Below, one piece after another: positions 1-8,047 of a DNA stretch of 13,897 bases (positions are counted from its first letter, which is position 1; each line of letters starts with the position of its first letter). The notes beneath the pieces were generated by a model. The model did not search any database. It was not told where the DNA came from and was given only the letters and a program-made list of their open reading frames with translations. Both the position numbers and the translations under genes were made by a program. The stretch is from positions 1 to 13,897 of the forward strand of contig NW_021826094.1 of assembly GCF_006345805.1 (NCBI RefSeq), in the 5' to 3' direction. The stretch comes from Octopus sinensis (lineage: Eukaryota).

Positions 1-260
1 TGGTGATGGTGGCGGTGGTGGCAGTTGGTAGTCGTGGCGGTGACGGTGTAGTAGGGGTGATGTTGGAAGGAGTGCGATGCGGGGGTGGGGTGGGAGTTTT
101 GCTGATGATGGAATTAGTGTGGTGGTGTTGATGGAAAATGGTGGTGGTGGTGGTGGTGAAGGTGATGATGATGATGATGATAGTGGAAGTGGTGGTGATG
201 GTGGTGGGGAAACGGTGGCGGTTATGACGACGCTGGTATTAAGGTTGTTGGTGGTATTAG

Positions 261-293
<33 letters not shown>

Positions 294-441
294 TGGTGGT
301 GGTGGTGGTGTTTGGTGATGGTGGTGGTGGTAATAGTGGTGGTGCTGGTGGTGCTGGTGGTGGCGGTGGTGGTGGTGGTGGTGGTGGCGGTGGTGGTGGT
401 GGTGGTGGTGGTGGTGGCGGTGGTGGTGGTGGTGGTGGTGG
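1..441. repeat. Imperfect (GGT)n trinucleotide microsatellite with GAT/GGC/GTT variants
   Basis: Direct reading; nearly pure GGT from ~361-441. Explains the poly-Gly and poly-Val ORFs 77..538 and 291..671. Confidence 0.95.
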
Positions 442-540
442 AAGGGGTGTTGGTAAAAGCTGTGCTGGAGACGAAGAATGGGAAAGAGCTGGAAATAATA
501 TGGAAATTATGTTGTCTACAGAGAAAGGGAACGGATAAGA

Positions 541-809
541 ATGAGTGGAGAGAGAGAGTAAGAGAGATAAAGAGAGAGAGAGAGAGAGAGAAGGGAAGAA
601 AGAAAGGAAAGAAAGTAAGAAAGGGTGAAGGAGAGAAAGAAAGAGAAGGGGATGGGGAGAAAAAGCTTTAGAAAGCGAAATAAGGTATAAAAAGAGAGAA
701 GGATGGAGAGGGGAGATGTAAAAAATGTCCAATTTGAACGAGAGAGAGAGAGGGAGAGGGAGAGAGAGGGAGAGAAAGCAGAAGAAGAGGGGCAAGAGAG
801 GAGGAGAGG
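541..809. repeat. Polypurine (GA)n/GAAA low-complexity tract
   Basis: Plus strand is mostly A/G, with several (GA)n runs. Confidence 0.9.
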
Positions 810-1050
810 TATAGTAATATTGGTTTCCAATTTTGACACCAGGCCAGCAATTTTCAGAGAGCAGGTAAGTCGATGAGATGTTCTTTAGGATAACGTGAAA
901 TATTGAACTTCAGATAGAATAAAGTAAAATATTGCTATGAATAAAAGGTGCGTAGATTATGAATTTTGATTGAAGGGATGGGGCCTTGAAACAAAAAGTT
1001 GTAAGGGGCCTCTAAAAGTCACGCGACGAAGCTGATGCAAGGCTATAGAA

Positions 1051-1251
1051 CAGTGCTTTTCAACCTTTTTGCTGGAGCGGAACCCCAAGGAAACAGTCCA
1101 CTGGCTCGAGGAACCCCTGTGCAATAATTTAATAGTCTTATGCACACATATCTGCACAGGAGAATTAAAAATTACTGTCGATTTTAGCAGTTTTGTAACT
1201 TCTTGCGGAACCCCTGGACTGTACTGGCGGAACCCTGGTTGAAAACCACTG
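1051..1251. mobile_element. Non-autonomous hAT-superfamily DNA transposon (MITE, 201 bp)
   Basis: 15-bp TIRs CAGTGCTTTTCAACC (1051-1065) and GGTTGAAAACCACTG (1237-1251), 1 mismatch. Perfect 8-bp TSD CTATAGAA at 1043-1050 and 1252-1259. Four subterminal G(C/A)GGAACCC motifs (~1077, ~1109, ~1205, ~1227). An 8-bp TSD with CAG termini is established for hAT elements. Confidence 0.92.
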
Positions 1252-1353
1252 CTATAGAAGAAGACACATGCGCAGGTCGCTACGCAGTGGGACTGAACCG
1301 AGAATCATGTTGTTGGGAAGCAAACGTTTTGCCACACAGCCACGCCCGCACCT
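1252..1353 (-). mobile_element. Family-B SINE 5' fragment (tRNA-like head), interrupted by the hAT MITE
   Basis: Reverse complement reads GGTGCGGGCGTGGCTGTGTGGCAAAACGTTTGCTTCCCAACAACATGATTCTCGGTTCAGTCCCACTGCGTAGCGACC...GTGTCTTCTTCTATAG. This is collinear with 12135-12225 (+) and contains A/B-box-like motifs. Confidence 0.85.
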
Positions 1354-1833
1354 GTACAGCTAATTAGATTCGAGTCAAATTGTTAATTGATGCGCGAAGC
1401 AACTACGGAGAGTAAACAAACTTCAGTGGTGCGTGATAGTCCGCAGCGAAAGGCCGTTACAAGTTCAAATACTTCTCAAACATATTCGAAATGGTCTCAA
1501 AGTTTGTCTAAATTATTTAAATTGTGATTTTTGAACTGAGAGTACCTTTGCCGAGATTGTAAGCTATGTCAAACAGGTCAATTCTGGACTGCATGCAGAG
1601 TTGTTAGGGGACAATGGAAAGGACACTTTCATTTATATTCTTATTATCTGAAAGTAATCTGAGATCTGAAGACTTGACATCTAAAGGATGTTTACACTTG
1701 GGTGTACTTTAAATAGGCAAATCTTAGCGGAACTTTCGAGATTGGCTGGCTTCGTTTTACTAATTGGACTATAGAGACAATGGAAGCGTGCATTTTTATT
1801 AGCTGTGACAGGCGTTGTTAGCAACAGCTTCTA

Positions 1834-1984
1834 AACACACACACACACAAACACACATACACATACACACAAGCACACACACACACAAGCACACACACAC
1901 ACCACACACATGCACGCACACACACACACGCAAATATACATATGCGTTTATATACAACTATGCATTTACACACATGTATGCGCG

Positions 1985-2025
<41 letters not shown>

Positions 2026-2085
2026 CGCACACATACATACAATATATATATATACACACACATATACACATACATTCATGCACAA

Positions 2086-2130
<45 letters not shown>

Positions 2131-2552
2131 TACATACATGCACATACATAAATTTATGCACACACGCGCGCGCGCAAATATGCATATGCGTTTATATACA
2201 ACTATGCATTTACACACGTGTGTGAGCGTAGGTGTATGTATATATATATATATATTCCGCACACACATACAACATATATATATACACACACATACACACA
2301 ATATAAATATATTATATATATATATATATACACACACACACATACGAACACATATATGTATACATACATATTCACAGGTCCTAATATTACACATGCCCAT
2401 ATACCCAAAAACATACGCACACTAAATACATACATTCATGCACAAATACACACACACATACATACATTCATGCACAAATACACACACACATACATACATT
2501 CATGCACAAATACACACACACATACATACATTCATGCACAAATACACACACA
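1834..2552. repeat. Compound (CA)n/(TA)n/(CATA)n microsatellite field with an internal segmental duplication
   Basis: Direct reading. Unique cores CAAATA..CATATGCGTTTATATACAACTATGCATTTACAC (1931, 2175) and TATTCCGCACAC (2021, 2253) each occur twice. Confidence 0.92.
2427..2552. repeat. 32-bp minisatellite, 4 copies
   Basis: Core TTCATGCACAAATA at 2435, 2467, 2499 and 2531 (exact period 32). A fifth isolated copy lies at 2075. Confidence 0.9.
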
Positions 2553-2861
2553 CTATAGATTTCATCTGTCTGTTGTTGGCTTTTTTGTTGTTGTTTTTCT
2601 ACCCGTCCGTCTACCCGTCTGATTTAGCTGTCAGTCTGTCCATCAATCTAATTTTTTAAAAAAGAATACAATACAAAACAAAACACAAAAAATACACATA
2701 AACAAAGAGGAAGTAACTCTAATGGGTCAATGACATGAACATAAGGATAAACTCGTTAGTCTATCAATCTCGCTGACCGCCTGTCTGCCAGTCTGCCAGT
2801 CTGCCTGTATCATATCTTTTTGACAGACCAGCTAAGAAGAAATAACGGTATGAAGAGTAAA

Positions 2862-3646
2862 ATGGCGGGAAGCTGGCAGAAACGTTAGCACGCCGGGCGA
2901 AATGCTTAGAGTTATTTCTTCGTCTGCCGTTACGTTGTGAGTTTAAATTCCGCCGAGGTCGACTTTGCCTTTCATCCTTTCGAGGTCGATAAATCAAGTA
3001 CCAGTTACGCACTGGATTCGATGTAATCGACTTAATACCTATGTCTGTCCTTGTTTTTCCCTCTGTGTTTAGCCCCTTGTGGGTAGTAAACAAATAGGTA
3101 TTTCGTCTGCCGTTACGTTGTGAGTTCAAATTCCGCCGAGGTCAACTTTGCCTTTCATCCTTTCGGGGTCGATAAATTAAGTACCAGTTACGCACTGGGG
3201 TCGATGTAATCGACTTAATACCTTATGTCTGTCCTTGTTTGTCCCCTCTGTGTTTAACCCCTTGTGGGTAATAAGAAATAGGTATTTCGTACTGCCGTTA
3301 CGTTGTGAGTTCAAATTCCGCCGAGGTCGACTTTGCTTTTCATCCTTTCGGGGTCGATAAATCAAGTACCAGTTACGCACTGGGGTCGATGTAATCGACT
3401 TAATACCTATGTCTGTCCTTGTTTGTCCCCTCTGTGTTTAACCCCTTGTGGGTATAAAGAATAGGTATTTCGTCTGCCGTTACGTTGTGAGTCCAATTCC
3501 GCCGAGGTCGACTTTGCCTTTCTCTCTTTCGGGGTCCGATAAATTAAGTACCAGTTACGCACTGGGGTCGATGTAATCGACTTAATCCGTTTGTCTGTCC
3601 TTGTTTGTCCCCTCTATGTTTAGCCCTTGTGGATAATAAAGAAATA
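2862..3646 (+). mobile_element. Family-A tRNA-derived SINE as one head plus four tandem ~183-184-bp units, flanked by a 15-bp TSD
   Basis: A-box-like AGCTGGCAGAAACGTTAG at ~2871 and a B-box-like GAGTTCAAATTCC (or variant) in each unit. Unit anchors CGT(A)CTGCCG at 2921, 3104, 3288 and 3471. Direct repeat GGTATGAAGAGTAAA at 2847-2861 and 3647-3661. The central GAGGTCGACTTTGCCTTTCATCCTTTCGGGGTCGATAAATTAAGTACCAG resembles the Nin/Deu SINE domain (from memory). Confidence 0.92.
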
Positions 3647-3951
3647 GGTATGAAGAGTAAACGGTATGAATGTAAGACAACCTATTAGTCTACCATTCTA
3701 GTTAGCCGTCTGTTTGTCTTATATATGTGAGAGTCTAATTTGTAATAAGCTTCGCTGCTTTGCTTTCTTCCATTAAAGAACGTCGCCTTTATTTTATCAT
3801 CAACCGTTCTCTGCCGCCATGTGGTGGAAATATGTCTCCCGATGTCTCGTACGGTCAGTCAATGAATCAATCTGTCAGACTGTCTGTCTGATTGCTAGCA
3901 TGTCTACCTGTGTATGTCTGGTTCGGTGTCGCCCTGCCTGCCTGCCCACCA

Positions 3952-4022
<71 letters not shown>

Positions 4023-4034
4023 CGTCTATCTGTC

Positions 4035-4065
<31 letters not shown>

Positions 4066-4079
4066 CCTCTCTCTCTCTC
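3952..4079. repeat. Compound (TCTG)n-(TCTA)n-(CT)n microsatellite
   Basis: Direct reading. Confidence 0.95.
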
Positions 4080-4258
4080 CACATGGTTCCGGGTTCAGTC
4101 CCATTGCGTGTGTGTGTGTTTGTCCCAACCACCATCGCTTGACTACTGATGCTGGTATTTTTACGTCCGCGTCACTTAGTGGTTCGGCCAAAGACACCAA
4201 TAGAATAAGAACTAGGCTTACAAAGAATAAGTCCTGGGGTCGATTTGTTCGACTAAAG
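4079..4258 (+). mobile_element. Family-B SINE, internally deleted copy
   Basis: Head fragment CCACATGGTTCCGGGTTCAGTCCCATTGCGTG is joined directly to (TG)n and the 3' half ending CTGGGGTCGATTTGTTCGACTAAAG. Collinear with 12135-12546 but missing the central domain. Confidence 0.85.
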
Positions 4259-4374
4259 AATAACAGAAAAGGATATATATGTGCGTGCGCGCGCGCGTGT
4301 GTGTGTGTGTATCTGTTATCTTTTACTTGTTTCGTTCATTAGACTGTGGCCATGATGGGGCACTGCCTTGGAGA

Positions 4375-4405
<31 letters not shown>

Positions 4406-4741
4406 ATATATATGAATCTATCTCACTATCTGTCTTACTATTCTTCAACTAATCAGCCTGTCAGTCTTTCTATCTATCGGTTGGTTTGTCCTTCTGCTTG
4501 TTTATCTTTCGATGTGCTTACCTATCTGGCTGACTGTCTGCATGTGAGTCTATCCGTCCGTCTGTCTCACTCTCCGCCTGTCTGTCTGTGTGTCCCTGTT
4601 GCAGAAGTTGGTCAAACCTACCCAAGGGACTAACTACAATATAAACAATAAGGAAAAAGAAAAAAAATAAGGGAGGCGGGTTACAAATCGGAAAGGATAT
4701 CCGAAATGGAGGTGTTGATGTAGTAGCGGGAACAGTAGCAC

Positions 4742-4803
<62 letters not shown>
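4742..4803. repeat. (TAG)n microsatellite
   Basis: Direct reading. Explains the poly-Leu ORF 4634..4879. Confidence 0.95.
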
Positions 4804-4889
4804 TGGTGGTAGTGGGAATGGTTGTGGTGGGGAGAGAGAGGGAGCGATCTCTTACCTTCTTGCTATAGCGAATGTACATCTATATTAAT

Positions 4890-4917
4890 CTTTCTCTCTC
4901 TCTCTCTCTCTCTCTGT

Positions 4918-4954
<37 letters not shown>

Positions 4955-5029
4955 ATATATATTATATATACATATATATATATATATACACATATATATA
5001 TACATATACATATATATATATACATATAC

Positions 5030-5062
<33 letters not shown>

Positions 5063-5165
5063 GTATATATTATATATGTATTATATATATAGTATATATA
5101 TATATAATATATATATATATATTATATATATATATACATATATGTATATATATAATATATATATA

Positions 5166-5236
<71 letters not shown>

Positions 5237-5260
5237 TATTTATATATAAGATGTATATGA
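4890..5260. repeat. (CT)n followed by a long imperfect (TA)n tract
   Basis: Direct reading; ~340 bp almost entirely A/T. Confidence 0.95.
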
Positions 5261-5452
5261 ACAGTCGGGAACTGGCTGGAAGTGCAATCCTCACTCCCAT
5301 ACTTAACTTCCCCTCCCAGGCCAACACACAAACACATACACACGTGCATACATACACACATACATACACATACACACACACATACCCGTTACAAAATCTG
5401 TAACTGAGGGCTCAAGGGACACGAAGCTGGAACCTTATACCATTCCGACATT

Positions 5453-5490
<38 letters not shown>

Positions 5491-5859
5491 CTTTATCTCT
5501 CCCCTCTGTCTCTTTCTCCTTCCTGTCAACTCCACATCTCCAACTACTCCGACATGCAACCAACCGCCCGCACACCCCACACCACCGCCGCCAATCAATC
5601 TCCAGAATCGTCTGTAGAGGATAGAAAAAGAATGGAGAAAAACCTGAGAAAGAGAGAGAGAGAGATGGGGAGGAGGAGGAGGAGGAGGAGGAGGGTTAAA
5701 GCAGGTGCAAGGATGAAGGGGGGTGGACAGAAACCTCCCATTTCTTCAACACCCACCCACCTACCACCCACCTACCATCACCACCGCTGCCGCCGCCTGG
5801 TGTCCACCGAATTCGCGCCTCTACTCTACAGCTCCCTCCCTTACCACGACCAACACGAC

Positions 5860-5894
<35 letters not shown>

Positions 5895-5916
5895 CCACCA
5901 TCATCGTCGTCATCAA

Positions 5917-5973
<57 letters not shown>
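5860..5973. repeat. (CAT)n microsatellite
   Basis: Direct reading. Explains the poly-His/Ile/Asp/Met ORFs. Confidence 0.95.
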
Positions 5974-6153
5974 TTTCGTCGTCGTCATCAGGATTGGATG
6001 CCACGTCCATTTGTTTGATGACAAGAGCCAAACAGTTTAGAAACCAGAAACCCAAATACCACGAATGCTTATTTAGACACAAAAACATCGGTTTAGTTTT
6101 TCGGCATTTCTCGCATGGTTTAATTGATGGCAATTCGGAATTTCGGAATTCTG

Positions 6154-6167
6154 GTTGCTATGGAAAC
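6154..6167. promoter_or_regulatory. RFX X-box motif GTTGCTATGGAAAC
   Basis: Matches the 14-bp X-box consensus GTHNYY-AT-RRNAAC and lies in non-repetitive sequence. Function untested. Confidence 0.4.
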
Positions 6168-6547
6168 GACTTGTGTGTGTGTGTGTGTATGTGGTGTGGT
6201 GTTTTCGTTGAGAAAGAAACGGGGCGTAATTTCCTTGGACTCGAAGCTGAGTTTGGTGGTGTGGGGTGCAAGGAAAGGGAAAAGAAAAGTAAAGACTGTC
6301 TTGTTTGTGTTAAACGACCATCAGCTAAGGAGCCGATCTACTTTGATTGACAGAAATAGCAACCAAATCTCCCTCAAATCTCATTCTATCGTTTTAAGCA
6401 GTAAAATTTGCATCATATATTGTAATCCAAAACACCGCTGACATGATGGGATGGTCATGTTTAGAATGTCTATGATTATTCATGCTTAATCTGACACTTG
6501 CTAAACAACAATCCACAACAACAATGGTCTGTGTAGTATCTAAGTGT

Positions 6548-6715
6548 CAGTCATGGGCACATTGCGGCCCTCGGGACTTCCTGAATTTGAATGTCTAACG
6601 AAAAATTATTTTGAATTTTTTTTTTTTTTTTTTTTTTTTTTCAGTTTTGCGGCTCGCCTGATAATGAGCCGTATCTGATGCGATCCGCTCCTCGAAAAAG
6701 GGTTGCCTGTGCCTG
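6548..6715. mobile_element. Degenerate hAT-like MITE remnant with an internal poly-T tract
   Basis: Left end CAGTCATGGGCA and right end GGTTGCCTGTGCCTG (reverse complement CAGGCACAGGCAACC) match at 9 of 12 positions. TGCGGCCC/TGCGGCTC subterminal motifs are present. No matching TSD. Confidence 0.5.
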
Positions 6716-7363
6716 CTCTAATCTTAAGACACCTTTAACGTGATGACAATCCCATTCACAGCATGAGACCATCATGTCTTCAAACAACCGTGACACCACG
6801 TGGATTACTGAATCAATATTTTGCCTTCATTTCGCTTCTTGTTTTACACAGGTTATTTTGATAACATTTCAGTAGCCACTCCGTTTACCGTTGATTTGGT
6901 AAAAATATAAAGTTTGTCCTTGGATATTTTTATATTTTATGATTTTTGTAAACATTTGTATTATTTGTGTTTTAACAAGGCTTGTTTTTCTGGGTTAGTA
7001 AATCGGGATACGCTCTAAAGAATCTCCGTAATCGTTTTGAGAGTTGGTAAAAAGAAAGGATAAGCAGAAAAAAGTAAATGAATACATTTAAACAAACAGA
7101 TGTAGCAAATACTCGACAAGTTGAGGCGAAGGAAAGATATTTCCAATAACGTTGATAGGAATACCAGCAGTTTTTGCTAGCGTCGCTATCCAAAGGAAGG
7201 CAATGGATATAGGTCAGCTGTCGGATGGAAAAGAACACGAGAGAAGTGTGTTAGGAAGGATAGTCGAAACACAGAAGAAAATGAAGGACAATATCACATG
7301 TGATCGCTAAAAAGAACATCCATTAAATGAGTAAATTTACAATATTTTAATATATTTCGAGCC

Positions 7364-7668
7364 AGCGAGCTGGTAGAATCGTTAGTACACCGAGAAAAAT
7401 GCTAAGTGAATGGATCTGGTAGACGGGAACCGAAATAATCTTGTTGTATATGTATGTATGTATGTATGTATGTATGCATACATGTGTGTGTGTCTGTGTT
7501 TTCCCCTCACCCCTGCAATCGCCACTGACAACCGGTGTTGGTGTGTTTACGTCCCCGTAACTTAGAATAAGTACCAGGCTTAAAAATTAAATATTGGGGT
7601 CGATTCATTCGACTAAAAATTCAAGGCGGTGCTCCAGCATGGACGTAGCCATATCGCTGAAACAAGTT
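7364..7668 (+). mobile_element. Chimeric SINE: family-A head fused to a family-B body
   Basis: 7364-7408 AGCGAGCTGGTAGAATCGTTAGTACACCGAGAAAAATGCTAAGTG aligns to the family-A head. It is followed by TGAATGGATCTGGTAGACGGGAACCGAAA (family-B central domain), (TATG)n/(TG)n and the family-B 3' half ending GCTGAAACAAG. Confidence 0.8.
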
Positions 7669-7669
7669 G

Positions 7670-7671
<2 letters not shown>

Positions 7672-7753
<82 letters not shown>

Positions 7754-7811
7754 GACACACACATATATATACACGCACACACACACACAACAATATATAT
7801 ATGTGTGTGTG

Positions 7812-7843
<32 letters not shown>
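7672..7843. repeat. (TA)n, (CA)n, (TG)n and (TATG)n compound microsatellite
   Basis: Direct reading. Confidence 0.95.
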
Positions 7844-7845
<2 letters not shown>

Positions 7846-8047
7846 CTTTGTGTTTATATTTGTCTCCCACCACCGCTTGACAAACCAGTGTTGGCTTGTC
7901 TACGCATGCGTAACGTAGAGGTTCGGCAAAAGGAAAACAATATAACAAACACCACACAAACAACCAAAACAAAAAACAGAACGACATAAATCAGTAACGG
8001 GGTCGATTTGCTCGACTAACCCCTTCAAAGCAGAACCCCAGCAAGAC
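7844..8047 (+). mobile_element. Family-B SINE 3' half, diverged
   Basis: CCACCACCGCTTGACAAACCAGTGTTGG...GGTTCGGCAAAAG...GGGGTCGATTTGCTCGACTAA...CCCCAGCA is collinear with 12310-12505. Confidence 0.7.

Noticed and set aside
77-839. ORFs rich in Gly, Val or Ser/Leu
   Set aside because: Translations of (GGT)n and (GA)n repeats, open in several frames and both strands, with no domain signature.
1815-2659. Many overlapping His/Thr/Ile/Tyr/Cys/Val ORFs (likewise 3819-4342, 4822-5403, 7594-7989, 8423-8966)
   Set aside because: Dinucleotide and tetranucleotide repeats lack stop codons, so these are artefacts.
2862-2960. tRNA gene
   Set aside because: A/B boxes are present, but I cannot build a canonical cloverleaf and the sequence runs into a SINE body. 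The same applies to the other heads.
3050-3135. Hammerhead ribozyme at the unit junction (GAAA plus minimal stem and AUU, as in retrozymes)
   Set aside because: No CUGANGA core upstream on either strand (nearest are CTGAGTT/GTGAGTT, downstream). A non-canonical ribozyme is not excluded and needs an Infernal/RNArobo search or an in vitro test.
2764-3380. Repeated minus-strand peptides (RNWYLIYRPRKDE...)
   Set aside because: Antisense translation of the non-coding SINE unit; broken by stops and indels between units; no RT or endonuclease motifs.
3813-3830. Perfect GCCGCCATG Kozak context opening ORF 3819..4142
   Set aside because: The ORF runs straight into microsatellite and SINE sequence, and there is no promoter or splice support.
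4850-4879. Minus-strand donor AAG|GTAAGA after ATG-initiated MYIRYSKK
   Set aside because: The upstream sequence is (GA)n/(TA)n with no pyrimidine tract or promoter evidence.
5554-6133. Poly-His, poly-Asp, poly-Ile and poly-Met ORFs
   Set aside because: All derive from the (CAT)n tract; the flanks have no recognisable protein features or supporting splice structure.
6133-6151. TTCGGAATTTCGGAATTC as a heat-shock, STAT or NF-kB element
   Set aside because: Spacing does not fit nGAAnnTTCn or TTCN3GAA, and the GGG...CC ends of a kB site are missing.
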